Shown: positions 48,856 to 58,492 of the stretch, piece by piece | How positions within the stretch are numbered: position 1 is the stretch's first letter | How the letters are laid out: each line of letters starts with the position of its first letter | From: an uncultured cyanobacterium | GTDB taxonomy: Bacteria; Cyanobacteriota; Cyanobacteriia; Pseudanabaenales; Pseudanabaenaceae | Length of the DNA stretch: 64,000 nucleotides | Assembly: GCA_963703315.1 (NCBI GenBank) | Contig: OY969811.1 | Location: 832,001 to 896,000 of the forward strand | Reading direction: 5' to 3' | Translations under genes and position numbers: made by a program | Notes under the pieces: generated by a model | Told to the model about the DNA's origin: nothing | Seen by the model: the letters and a program-made list of their open reading frames with translations, nothing else | The model's database searches: none

Positions 48856-49479
48856 ATGCCAGTTGTGGCAGTGATCGACTATGACATGGGTAACTTGCAC
48901 TCAGCCTGCAAAGGTTTAGAGATTGCAGGGGCAACCCCAATTGTAACCAATGATCCCCAAAAGTTAGCTGCTGCCGATGGCATCGTTTTACCTGGTGTGG
49001 GTTCCTTTGATCCTGCAATGCAAAAGTTACGGGCGAACCACCTAGAGAAACCTATTCATCAGGCGATCGCCTCAGGCAAGCCATTTTTAGGAATTTGCTT
49101 AGGAATGCAAATCCTGTTTGAGAGTAGTGAAGAAGGGCAAGAAACGGGGTTAGGGATCATTCAAGGCAAAGTGAAAAGGTTTATTCATGAGCCAAATCTA
49201 ACCATTCCCCACATGGGCTGGAACCAACTAGAATTAACTCAGGCTGATTGTCCACTTTGGCAAAACTTAGGAACTAGTCCTTGGATGTATTTCGTGCATT
49301 CCTACTACACGGCTCCTATTGATCAGGCAGTGACGGCAGCGACTACCACTCATGGCAGTCAAACAGTGACTGTGGCGATCGCGAAAGATAATGTGATGGC
49401 TGTGCAGTTTCATCCAGAAAAATCATCCACTGACGGGATACATTTACTAGCAAATTTCGTCAGAATGATGAGCGCGTAG
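48856..49479 (+). CDS. hisH: Imidazole glycerol phosphate synthase glutaminase subunit
   Basis: IDYDMGNL, LPGVG, GICLGMQ, PHMGWN, QFHPEKS; ATG at 48856 after GGAG. Confidence 0.96.
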   Translation: MPVVAVIDYDMGNLHSACKGLEIAGATPIVTNDPQKLAAADGIVLPGVGSFDPAMQKLRANHLEKPIHQAIASGKPFLGICLGMQILFESSEEGQETGLGIIQGKVKRFIHEPNLTIPHMGWNQLELTQADCPLWQNLGTSPWMYFVHSYYTAPIDQAVTAATTTHGSQTVTVAIAKDNVMAVQFHPEKSSTDGIHLLANFVRMMSA

Positions 49480-49505
49480 CATAATAATAGAGTCTTGAGA
49501 GATTT

Positions 49506-50036
49506 ATGAAGATCCAAATGATCAAAAAACTAGGTATTGTTTCTTGTTTGGCTGTGGCTTGTGTAGCCGTTGCCCCTTCAATAGTTCGCGCCCAAGGTAA
49601 TGCAGGATTTACGCTGCAATGGGGTAACGAAAAGGACAATATACTCGACTATTGCCTTGATAATAGCGGCAGTGGTCGTAGCTCTCGCTATTATTTAGAA
49701 ATTCAGCCCCAAAAATTTAAATTCTCTGAGATTATCATTACCTATCCTGAGCATTTCAATGGCAAGTTTGATACTGAAGACATCAAACTACGGGTAACTA
49801 CTGACTGTCGTGGGGGCAAAGAAGTAGCCATTGAAACACCTGTTTGGGATAAAGAAACTCGCCGCCTCACTATCGTTCCTAAGGAAGCAATTCCTTCCAA
49901 GACCCCACTAAGAGTAGTGCTGTCAAATGTGCGAAATCCAGACTATAGTGGCTTCTATAAGCTTGATGCTAGGGTATTACGCGCTGATGTGCCTGTACCA
50001 GTTGTTGTTGGCTCATGGATGATTACCCTTGACTAA
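49506..50036 (+). CDS. DUF2808 family secreted protein
   Basis: Signal peptide; VVLSNVRNP..G.Y and C-terminal GSW motifs. Confidence 0.75.
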   Translation: MKIQMIKKLGIVSCLAVACVAVAPSIVRAQGNAGFTLQWGNEKDNILDYCLDNSGSGRSSRYYLEIQPQKFKFSEIIITYPEHFNGKFDTEDIKLRVTTDCRGGKEVAIETPVWDKETRRLTIVPKEAIPSKTPLRVVLSNVRNPDYSGFYKLDARVLRADVPVPVVVGSWMITLD

Positions 50037-50059
50037 AGTAATCAAGACTCTTTAAATGA

Positions 50060-50104
50060 GCAGAATAGTAGAGGGGGATGCAACGCATCCCCCTCTACTG
50101 TCTG
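50060..50104. repeat. Triloop hairpin upstream of surE
   Basis: agtagagggggatgc-aac-gcatccccctctact. Confidence 0.85.
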
Positions 50105-50136
50105 GATTTTCAGAAACTCAGCAAATTGCACGAAAT

Positions 50137-50913
50137 ATGAACATTCTGATTAGTAATGATGACGGGATTTATGCACCTGGGGTGAGGGCGCTGGCTGAAG
50201 TCCTAAGTGAAACTGAGCATCGCATTACGGTTGTATGTCCCGATCGCGAGCGATCGGCTACAGGTCATGCCCTCACTTTGCAAGAGCCGCTACGGGTCGA
50301 TCAAATCACGGGGATTTATCCTGAGAGCATAGAAGCTTGGGCTTGTTCAGGGACACCTTCGGATACGGTGAAATTAGCGCTTGATGCCCTATTAGGCGAT
50401 CGCCCTGATCTGGTGCTATCAGGTATTAATCGCGGTGCAAATTTAGGAACTGATGTCTTATATTCAGGAACAGTATCAGCAGCAATGGAAGGTGTCCTAG
50501 AAGGTGTGCCAAGTATTGCCTTTAGTCTTGCAAGCTTTGCTCATCTGGACTTTAGCGCTGCTGCTAACTTTGCAAAAAAAATGGTACAGGCGATCGCCAA
50601 TCATCCACTCGAAGATCCAATTTTGCTCAATGTAAATATTCCCGCCATCCCAGAGTCAGATATTTGCGGTGCAGTCATCACCCGCCTAGGAATTCGTCGT
50701 TATCGTGATCAATTTGAGAAACGCATCGATCCGCGTGGCAAAACTTACTATTGGTTATCAGGAGTAATTATCGAAGAGGAAGCCGATGCCGATACCGATA
50801 TTCAAGCGATTAGAGATAATTACGTTACGATTACGCCGCTTAAGTATGACTTGACTTTCACGGCTGCTGTCCCTTTTATCAAAACATGGACAGAAAAATT
50901 ATTCTCCACCTAA
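50137..50913 (+). CDS. surE: 5'/3'-nucleotidase SurE
   Basis: [34 protein letters not shown]. Confidence 0.96.
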   Translation: MNILISNDDGIYAPGVRALAEVLSETEHRITVVCPDRERSATGHALTLQEPLRVDQITGIYPESIEAWACSGTPSDTVKLALDALLGDRPDLVLSGINRGANLGTDVLYSGTVSAAMEGVLEGVPSIAFSLASFAHLDFSAAANFAKKMVQAIANHPLEDPILLNVNIPAIPESDICGAVITRLGIRRYRDQFEKRIDPRGKTYYWLSGVIIEEEADADTDIQAIRDNYVTITPLKYDLTFTAAVPFIKTWTEKLFST

Positions 50914-51061
50914 GTAACAGCTACAAGGTGCCAAATTCTAGCGGCAATAGGCATTCTCAAAAGCGCTTAAGTTCCTGTCAAAGCTGATATGGATGTATAG
51001 GCTAATGTGCAAACGATATACTTAAGACATCGCGCCCAAAGAATCTGGCTGACTACTTGTT

Positions 51062-52246
51062 ATGAGTAAATTGGAAAAAATATCTATCAAAGGCTATCGC
51101 CGCCTGCAACAAGTCGATCTGGAAATGAGAGATCTTGTAGTCATGATTGGTGCAAATGGCTCAGGTAAGACATCTTTTTTAGATGCTATGTCAATGTTAG
51201 CTGCTTCAGCGAGTGGGAAGTTACATGAGTCATTACAAAGCAAAGGCGGGTTGAATGAAATTTTAACTAGAGGGCGATCGGACAAACTGCAAATAGGAAT
51301 ATTGGCTAAGGCATTAGATCAAGAAGATTTAACATACAGTCTAGCAATATCTCCTAAAGGTTTAGCTTATGAAATCACGCAAGAACATTTAACTAAGCAA
51401 CCAATTTCTGCAACTGAGAAAGTTAGTCATATTTTCCCAATGATTGGAGACAATCTTATTTCCAAAAGATACATTGAGTCTTATGGTTTAGGCATTAAAT
51501 ATTTTCGAGAAGATGATGCTATTTTAAGTCCTAATTGGGAACATAATTATCTGGAGACTTCTCTTTCTCAAGTTCCTAAAATGTATCAAGAACCTGAGAA
51601 TCTGCGAAAAAGTCTTGCTTCTTGTACTTATTATGGAGCGCTTGATGTTTCAGGGACAAGCCCAATCCGTCTACCTCAAGCCATGCGACCAGCGAAATTA
51701 CCGGGGGTAAGAGGTGAGGATTTAGTTTCTTGTCTTTATGATTTGAGAGAAAGTGATCGCGATCGCTTTGAAATGGTTGAGAGCATTATTTCTGCTGCAT
51801 TTCCAGATTTTGAGCGTTTAAATTTTCCTCCAGTTGCTGCGGGAACTATTTCTATGACTTGGAAGGATAGAAATTTTTCACAGCCTATATATATCCATGA
51901 GCTATCAGAAGGAACGCTCCGATTTCTTTGGTTAGTGGCACTGTTGCAAAGCCAAAACTTGTCAACAATTACTCTTTTAGATGAACCTGAAGTTAGTTTA
52001 CATCCAGACCTTTTAAGGCATTTAGTTTACTTGATGCGCGAGGCTTCCAAGCATACACAGTTAATCGTAGCAACACACTCAGATCGACTTATTCGATTTC
52101 TTGCACCCCATGAAGTTCTAATTTGCGATCTTGAAGATGGCGAGGCAAAAATGACATGGGCTGATACGCTCGATCTTGAGAAATGGCTGGAGGATTATAG
52201 TCTCGATCAACTTTGGTCAATGAATGTAATGGGTGGTCGTCCATGA
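51062..52246 (+). CDS. AAA_21/ABC-like ATPase
   Basis: GANGSGKT, LSEGTLRF, LLDEPEVSLHP, ATHS. Confidence 0.88.
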   Translation: MSKLEKISIKGYRRLQQVDLEMRDLVVMIGANGSGKTSFLDAMSMLAASASGKLHESLQSKGGLNEILTRGRSDKLQIGILAKALDQEDLTYSLAISPKGLAYEITQEHLTKQPISATEKVSHIFPMIGDNLISKRYIESYGLGIKYFREDDAILSPNWEHNYLETSLSQVPKMYQEPENLRKSLASCTYYGALDVSGTSPIRLPQAMRPAKLPGVRGEDLVSCLYDLRESDRDRFEMVESIISAAFPDFERLNFPPVAAGTISMTWKDRNFSQPIYIHELSEGTLRFLWLVALLQSQNLSTITLLDEPEVSLHPDLLRHLVYLMREASKHTQLIVATHSDRLIRFLAPHEVLICDLEDGEAKMTWADTLDLEKWLEDYSLDQLWSMNVMGGRP

Positions 52247-52851
52247 AGATTGCAATTTTGGTGGAAGGGGCTACGGAATCAGCCTTTAGAGATAAGCTGC
52301 GTGAGTTTTTGCAAAAATATTTAGCACAAAATATGCCGAGGTTAAAGTTTATTCCACAGGATGGGAGAATTCCTAAAGAAGATAAGTTAAAGCGGCTTGT
52401 GGAAAATTTATTGAGTGGGAAAGATGCTTATGATGCTGTGATTGCCTTGACAGATGTATATACGGGGTCAAGAGATTTTGTAGATGCGGCTGAAGCCAAA
52501 GCAAAAATGACTGCATGGGTTGGTAATAATCCCAAGTTCTATCCACATACTGCTTGTCACGATTTTGAGGCATGGTTACTTCCCTATTGGAGCGCAATCC
52601 AAAAGATTGCTAAACATAACCGTTCTGCACCCAGTGGCGCACCAGAGCAGGTAAATCACAATAAACCGCCTTCTTATTGGATTAAGGAGATTTTTAAATT
52701 AGGTGACTGCAAAAGAGACTATAGCAAGATCATTGATGGCAAAGCTATTCTCAAAAATCAAGATCTGATGATTGCGATTAAAGCCTGTCCAGAGCTAAAG
52801 GATTTTGTAAACCGAATTATTATTTTGTGTGATGGTGAGGTGATTACCTAA
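52243..52851 (+). CDS. DUF4276 (TOPRIM-like) protein
   Basis: ILVEGATE, LTDVY, HDFEAWLL; ATGA-coupled to the ATPase. Confidence 0.8.
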   Translation: MKIAILVEGATESAFRDKLREFLQKYLAQNMPRLKFIPQDGRIPKEDKLKRLVENLLSGKDAYDAVIALTDVYTGSRDFVDAAEAKAKMTAWVGNNPKFYPHTACHDFEAWLLPYWSAIQKIAKHNRSAPSGAPEQVNHNKPPSYWIKEIFKLGDCKRDYSKIIDGKAILKNQDLMIAIKACPELKDFVNRIIILCDGEVIT

Positions 52852-52936
52852 ATGTAAATTTTTTGGCGATCGCATTAACAAAATATCACTCTTGCTATAA
52901 TTCTCAACAAGAATCATGTAATTCACAACCTTACAA

Positions 52937-53154
52937 CCCACATTCCGCTCTTATTTTACTGAAAAAAATATTTAGAAAACAAATCCTTATACAGTAAGTA
53001 TTTTGGGCTTTCGTCAGAAAAATAACACTATCTTAATATTGTCAATAATGACGTACTAATAGGAGTCATTATCATTAATTTTCCAGAAAATCGCTGAAAC
53101 CCTCATTGTCTCGTTGTAAATATTTTTAGGCCTCCATTACGAGCGGAATGTGGG
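52937..53154. mobile_element. 218-bp MITE, perfect 14-bp TIRs, 6-bp target duplication (IS1634-like ends)
   Basis: ttacaa|cccacattccgctc ... gagcggaatgtggg|ttacaa. Confidence 0.88.
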
Positions 53155-53165
53155 TTACAAAACAC

Positions 53166-53450
53166 ATGGCTACAGTTCAGTTTAAGATAGAGGACAATGC
53201 AGAACTAGAACTACTACAAAAAATCAATCAAACTTTACCAGAGGAGTTGCAGCAACAATACAACGATTTAAGCGCAAAGATGAGATCGCAAACTATCACG
53301 CCCGAAGAACATCAAAACTTACTCAAGCTGATTGATATTGTTGAACAAGCTGATGGCGATCGCCTCCAGCATCTTATCCAGTTATCACAACTACGGAATA
53401 TTTCACTAGCTGAATTAATGAAGCAGTTACAAGTCAGTTCTGAAGATTAA
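53166..53450 (+). CDS. Small helical protein, putative antitoxin-like
   Basis: ELELLQKIN..LP...QQQY..L..K.....ITPEEH..L...RL..L..L..LR..SL..LM..L; the ATG at 53148 lies in the MITE TIR. Confidence 0.6.
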   Translation: MATVQFKIEDNAELELLQKINQTLPEELQQQYNDLSAKMRSQTITPEEHQNLLKLIDIVEQADGDRLQHLIQLSQLRNISLAELMKQLQVSSED

Positions 53451-53464
53451 CGTAACGATTTTTT

Positions 53465-53911
53465 CTACTGTTGCGGATCATCATCAGGTGGATGCATTCT
53501 GGCTAGAACCCATTGCCGTCGAGCATTTTGGATGAAAGGCTCCTCACGACGTGCATCATTCAAATCGAGACGATTACAAGTGGCACGTCCAATGGAAGTT
53601 TTGCCAATAATCTCTAATCCATCAGATGACCACATGAAATGTGTAGACCATTTTTGCTGACGAGGATTAAACAGATCGGATTCTATTCCTGTAGTGGGAT
53701 CAATGCCACTAGTAAAGTTGTAGCGTATTTCATTACAGCGCCAACAAGCGAGAGCAAGGTTTTCTATGTCATCGCTACCGCCAAGAGACTGAGGTTGAAT
53801 GTGATCGATTGAAAGAGGGGCAGAACTGAGCAATTCTGGATAGTGACAATATTCACAGCGAAATTGAGCGCGTTGTCTTACGGCTGTGTAGACCGATTTA
53901 GATATGGGCAT
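53465..53911 (-). CDS. HNH endonuclease
   Basis: RCEYC, IDHIQP..GGSD..NLALAC.RCN, LFNPRQQKW..HF. Confidence 0.88.
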   Translation of the reverse strand: MPISKSVYTAVRQRAQFRCEYCHYPELLSSAPLSIDHIQPQSLGGSDDIENLALACWRCNEIRYNFTSGIDPTTGIESDLFNPRQQKWSTHFMWSSDGLEIIGKTSIGRATCNRLDLNDARREEPFIQNARRQWVLARMHPPDDDPQQ

Positions 53912-54143
53912 TGCTATTGGCAGCGATCGCTGCATTAATATAGCTAAAAATCTCGTCTAGTTCTCCAATCGCTTCTAGCTCAAGATTTTCTGTGGTGGTA
54001 AGTGTATCTGTCTTTTTCTTATCGAGTAGGGTTTGGAGACGATCGCCTAGCTCATCGGTAAATTTAAAGAGCGTAAGATGGTTGATTTGCTGTATGCGCA
54101 TTCCTCTGGGGAGAAGGGATGATGGTTTTAGCAATGTACTCAT
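53898..54143 (-). CDS. Small protein coupled to the HNH gene (putative antitoxin)
   Basis: 81 aa, overlaps the HNH start; RLQTLLDKKK..LTT.E..EL..I.ELD. Confidence 0.65.
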   Translation of the reverse strand: MSTLLKPSSLLPRGMRIQQINHLTLFKFTDELGDRLQTLLDKKKTDTLTTTENLELEAIGELDEIFSYINAAIAANSNAHI

Positions 54144-54157
54144 AGTATTTCACTTTT

Positions 54158-56668
54158 TTATTTAGATGAGTAATGAGTCGTATAAATCTCACAAAATTTA
54201 TCAGCCGTTAAATTGTGATAGATTAATCTTTCCCTAATAGCTTTTTCATCATTTATTTTATTTTCTAAACATATAGAACTGATAAAGTCAGATATATTTT
54301 TACACAAGAGATCAAGTTTTTCTACATTAACAATTCGGGTACTTGGCTTAAGGAAAGCGTCAGAATCTAGTTTTACTGATGGATGAATTAAAACAGGTGT
54401 AAAGATACAAGTATGATCATAAGTGTTTGTAAACCATACCTCTGCTCCGTTTATCTGATCGCAATAACGTTTGTTAATACTATCTGTAGTAGCTCCATTT
54501 TTACACTCAATAACTAAATATTTTAAACTGCCAAGAGACCACAATACATCTGATCCTTTGCCTATTTCTTCTTCAGGTCTTTGACTATCAAATCCTATAT
54601 AGAGCGCAATTTTCTTTAACGCTTCTTCAAATATTGGGGCAGTATCTGGCTTAAATACTAAAGATTCTAACAACCCATTTACTGCAACAACAATTTTATT
54701 AGGATTATTATCAAATTTTTGTCTTAAGTAATCTCTGCACAGCCTAGCTTGATCCATAACTTTGGATTCAAGTTTATGGTATGCAATTCCACAAATAGGT
54801 TTAGTTAATTTAGGGTTATCTCTAACTGCCGACATTAATGTCTTTTGAGCTTCCACGGAATCGCTAAAGTTAATATATTCGGCTAAACATTGTTTCAAAT
54901 AGGACTTCAGATTTTTATCTTCTGCGATGTTTACAATATTCCTAAGCTCATTAATAGCAGAATCAAAGTTTTTTCCATGTGCGAAATCGTATGCTTTTCT
55001 TAGACCAACCGTTATTAAATCAGGCTCGCTTTGGGATTGATATGAAAGTGATGCTAATACGCCCTTGCTTTTAAATACCCATTGAGGATTTCTATCCAAG
55101 CAATACATCATTACTTCTTTGATTTCATCTAACCCTTTTCCTCTAATCTGATCTGAAATTTCGTCTGAAAGATTTTTTTGAGCTTTAGTAGCTGGAGAAA
55201 AACGGTTTATTTCACCACCTGCATATAGTTGACTAGTAAGATTTCGCCCCATCAAGAAAACAACACAGTAATCCTCGCTTGATCTAACTCCCCGTCCCAT
55301 TCCTTGTTCAATCTTTTGGATTAATTGATTGTTTTTTCTTGGACTTTCCATCAAAATACTAGCCTCAACCTTGTCTATTTCTCGACTAATATTTGGCAGT
55401 TCATCAATTACAAGAAGTCTACACGCATCTTTAGGTAAGTCTATTCCATCATAGCGATTTACTAGGACTACCAAACCAACTCTTTTAGGCTGTTTTAATA
55501 GTTCTACTCCTTCATACAAATTATATTTGTCCAAAATAAGCACAGCTTGATCTTTCCAAAACTTAGCTCTTTCATGCGATGGCACAATAACAACTACATT
55601 AATATGCTGTGAAATCGACTTACAGAAGCTCTTAATTTGAAGATCTGTAATCTCTGGATTGATTACTTGAGGAAGAAAAATCATTCTATCGCCAATATCC
55701 CCTGCTGTATCAGGTACAACTGCTTTGTTGATAGAATTTTCTGTAATGCCAAAATGGCTAGACAAGATACTATCATCCACTAAAGTTGCTGTCATAAATA
55801 TTCTTCTTTGAGCATTGGTAATGCTTGGAATCATATGGATTGGGATGAAGTGTGGAGTAATCTCTATCTTTTTCGAGCTAACAACGCATCTTGATAAATG
55901 CAATGATTCTTTTACCAATGACCATACAAAGGTAAACCAGTTATCCTTTTCGTTCTTTTTATAGTCTTTATGCTTTATTAATATCCTTAATATCTCTGAT
56001 GTGTTATCCTGCCACTTCCAGAAAGGAACTTGCATATAAGCATGAAGATTTTCTTCAATCTCAATAGCTTTGGAGTCGCATTGAGCATGAAGAGATTCTT
56101 TAAAGCAGTTGTAGATTTCTTTATATGCAGGATTTGCTATATCAATTGTTAATGTGAATTGTTCTTCAACTGTATCTAGACAAGCATGGGCATCATCAAT
56201 AAGGAGGCTTCCAATTTTAATTTTCCTTCCTTCGTCTCCAACTCCAAAAACAGATTTTCCATTAACTAGCTTCTGGATATTAACAACTAAAATAGCTTTG
56301 CCAGATAAGAATCTATGAGAAAGATGATCTTCAGTTACTTCAATACCAATATCTTTAGCTTCTTTAGAAACTTGCTGTACTAAGTAATTATCAGGCACTA
56401 CATATACCGCGGGACTTTTATTTTCGTTTAAGCAGCTTTTTAAAATGAGTAGCCCAACTACGGTTTTTCCACTCCCAGTATTCATCTTAATTACAAGATC
56501 TTTTTCATCTCTCCTTGAATGCCATTTTTCCCACACCTGTGTTTGAACATCTCTCGGATATTCAAATCTACCTTCTTTTTTATTTGGAAGAGCGGCAAAT
56601 ATTTCTCTAGGATGAATAGCTGTATCACTATTGTTACCACCGCTAAGTTTGTCAAAGTCAATAAGCAT
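54158..56668 (-). CDS. SF2 helicase with C-terminal PD-(D/E)xK nuclease-like domain
   Basis: MNTGSGKT, IDDAH, MTAT, YDGIDLP, QGMGRGVRS; C-terminal GSDVLW..YLVIECKNG; AT-rich, no HIP1 seen. Confidence 0.82.
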   Translation of the reverse strand: MLIDFDKLSGGNNSDTAIHPREIFAALPNKKEGRFEYPRDVQTQVWEKWHSRRDEKDLVIKMNTGSGKTVVGLLILKSCLNENKSPAVYVVPDNYLVQQVSKEAKDIGIEVTEDHLSHRFLSGKAILVVNIQKLVNGKSVFGVGDEGRKIKIGSLLIDDAHACLDTVEEQFTLTIDIANPAYKEIYNCFKESLHAQCDSKAIEIEENLHAYMQVPFWKWQDNTSEILRILIKHKDYKKNEKDNWFTFVWSLVKESLHLSRCVVSSKKIEITPHFIPIHMIPSITNAQRRIFMTATLVDDSILSSHFGITENSINKAVVPDTAGDIGDRMIFLPQVINPEITDLQIKSFCKSISQHINVVVIVPSHERAKFWKDQAVLILDKYNLYEGVELLKQPKRVGLVVLVNRYDGIDLPKDACRLLVIDELPNISREIDKVEASILMESPRKNNQLIQKIEQGMGRGVRSSEDYCVVFLMGRNLTSQLYAGGEINRFSPATKAQKNLSDEISDQIRGKGLDEIKEVMMYCLDRNPQWVFKSKGVLASLSYQSQSEPDLITVGLRKAYDFAHGKNFDSAINELRNIVNIAEDKNLKSYLKQCLAEYINFSDSVEAQKTLMSAVRDNPKLTKPICGIAYHKLESKVMDQARLCRDYLRQKFDNNPNKIVVAVNGLLESLVFKPDTAPIFEEALKKIALYIGFDSQRPEEEIGKGSDVLWSLGSLKYLVIECKNGATTDSINKRYCDQINGAEVWFTNTYDHTCIFTPVLIHPSVKLDSDAFLKPSTRIVNVEKLDLLCKNISDFISSICLENKINDEKAIRERLIYHNLTADKFCEIYTTHYSSK

Positions 56669-56743
56669 ATATTTACTCTACTTTTTAAAATAACTAAACT
56701 TAATTAATCGAAAAAACTATAAGGATAATTAATCTTGGCTCAA

Positions 56744-56888
56744 TATGCGTTTCGGGGAGATGCTTTAGCTTAAATGGCTAAAATGCTTGATGTGCAATAG
56801 TTTTAGCCTCGGAGGTCTTTGATAGCTGAAACACTCGCCATTAAAAGCATTGAGCCGTTTATCATGTTTGACCTCCCCGAAACACCTA
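56744..56888. mobile_element. About 145-bp MITE-like element
   Basis: Inverted ends tatgcgtttcggggag ... ctccccgaaacaccta. Confidence 0.65.
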
Positions 56889-56907
56889 TAGAGCCTTAAT
56901 CTTAAAT

Positions 56908-57390
56908 TTACAAAAGATTAAAGAATGCTGAATCGATCTCGTAGCCTAAGCTTTGAGTCATTTGTTGTAACTTTGCTGTGCTTTCAATGCCACGAGACTT
57001 TAGCCAAAGAGAAATCGTGAATACCTTCTGCATTACAAAAAGCTCCAGTGCTTCAGGATTGTATTGCAATACATAGCCATCACCTTCGCGCTTAAACTCG
57101 TGGGGAACTAGCATCGCTGCATAGCGACTGAGTTCTGCACGCCAATCGAGGAGATAGCTAAACCAAGGATAGGTGGCATCGAGACGCACAAACCAGAGAC
57201 GCACTTCCGAGATTTCTGATAGTTCGCGAGGGTCGCCATCTTCCTTATCCCATACAAGTTCGATTTGAAACTGGCGATCGCCTTCGGGAATTTCATCCCA
57301 ATTTGCTAACAACTTCTCGATCGCAATTTTGGCAGGAGTAATATCCAGCGACTCAATACAGGCTTGGTTGACGTAGATTACAGTAGACAT
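56908..57390 (-). CDS. CRR6-family NdhI maturation factor (DUF1817)
   Basis: DPRELSEISEVRLWFVRLDATYPW, AAMLVPHEF, YNPEALELFVM. Confidence 0.9.
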   Translation of the reverse strand: MSTVIYVNQACIESLDITPAKIAIEKLLANWDEIPEGDRQFQIELVWDKEDGDPRELSEISEVRLWFVRLDATYPWFSYLLDWRAELSRYAAMLVPHEFKREGDGYVLQYNPEALELFVMQKVFTISLWLKSRGIESTAKLQQMTQSLGYEIDSAFFNLL

Positions 57391-57408
57391 AAGTTTTTAG
57401 ATAGAATT

Positions 57409-57430
57409 GGGCGGCGCAACGCGCCGCCCT
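57409..57430. repeat. Short triloop hairpin
   Basis: ggcggcgc-aac-gcgccgcc. Confidence 0.75.
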
Positions 57431-57435
57431 AATGT

Positions 57436-58410
57436 TTATTTTTTCGGTAAGTTTTCGCGAGGATCGAAGGATTGGATTGCTAGCAACTTTTCGTAGAGTT
57501 CGCGTTCTTGCTTGCTAGGGTTTTTGGGAACTACAATCTGAACTTCTACATATTGATCACCAAAGGTTCTTGCATCTTTAGGGAAACCTTTGCCTGAGAG
57601 ACGCAATTGCTGCCCCGACTTAACGGCTGGTGGGATAGTTAATTTTACGAGTCCGCCCAGAGTCGGAACTTCCACTTGAACACCTAGAACAGACTCACTA
57701 GGTGAGATTGGTAACTGACAGCGAATATCGTGACCCTCAAGGGTAAAGAAGTTGTGGGGTTTGAGGGTAATTTTGAGATAGAGATCGCCGCCCGATGCAC
57801 CTTGACCTTTGAGGCGGATTCTTTGACCTGACAGTACACCTGCGGGCATATTCACCTCTAGCGATCGCCCATCTTCGAGGCGAATGCGTTCACGACCACC
57901 CACGTAGGCTCGTTCTAGAGGTAACTCCAATACTGCCTCAGAGTCACGGCGTGGGGTAGGGCGTGGTGGGGCTTGAGTACTGGTGCGATAGGAAGATGAT
58001 GAGCCACCTGTATCTTGAGCGCGTTCGTTAGTGCGGAATTTGCCTAATAATTGATCGACAAATTCTTGGAAGTCGTTATATTGGCTAAAGTCCACATCGC
58101 CTGTATAGCCGCCACGCTCAAAGTCTGGCGTATACTGCTCGCGAGAGGATGGTGCGCGTCCACCTTGACCTTGGAAGCCACCTTGTTTCCAATATTGTCC
58201 AAAGCGATCGTATTGTTGGCGTTTGGTTGTGTCTGACAGCACCTCGTAGGCTTCACCAATATCTTTGAAGCGTTCCTCGGCTGCCTTATCTCCAGGATTG
58301 AGGTCGGGATGATATTTCCGCGCTAACCTGCGATAGGAGCGCTTGATTTCGTCAGCCGTAGCTGTCTTCGGCACACCGAGGATTTCATAATAATTGCGAA
58401 AGTTTTGCAT
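57436..58410 (-). CDS. DnaJ-class chaperone (CbpA-like, no Zn finger)
   Basis: J domain with HPD; C-terminal DnaJ_C. Confidence 0.92.
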   Translation of the reverse strand: MQNFRNYYEILGVPKTATADEIKRSYRRLARKYHPDLNPGDKAAEERFKDIGEAYEVLSDTTKRQQYDRFGQYWKQGGFQGQGGRAPSSREQYTPDFERGGYTGDVDFSQYNDFQEFVDQLLGKFRTNERAQDTGGSSSSYRTSTQAPPRPTPRRDSEAVLELPLERAYVGGRERIRLEDGRSLEVNMPAGVLSGQRIRLKGQGASGGDLYLKITLKPHNFFTLEGHDIRCQLPISPSESVLGVQVEVPTLGGLVKLTIPPAVKSGQQLRLSGKGFPKDARTFGDQYVEVQIVVPKNPSKQERELYEKLLAIQSFDPRENLPKK

Positions 58411-58457
58411 ATTTCCCGAACTGCAAACATGGAGATAACTTAGCTTAGCCTAACCAG

Positions 58458-58492
58458 TGATTAGTTGCGGCGCTTTGCGCCGCAACTAATCA
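58458..58492. repeat. Triloop hairpin including the stop codon of the PMT gene
   Basis: tgattagttgcggcgc-ttt-gcgccgcaactaaTCA. Confidence 0.88.

Noticed and set aside
48727..50136. N-terminal extensions of hisH (48727) and surE (50056)
   Set aside because: Conserved domains start at ATG 48856 and 50137; the extensions overlap a divergent gene or a hairpin
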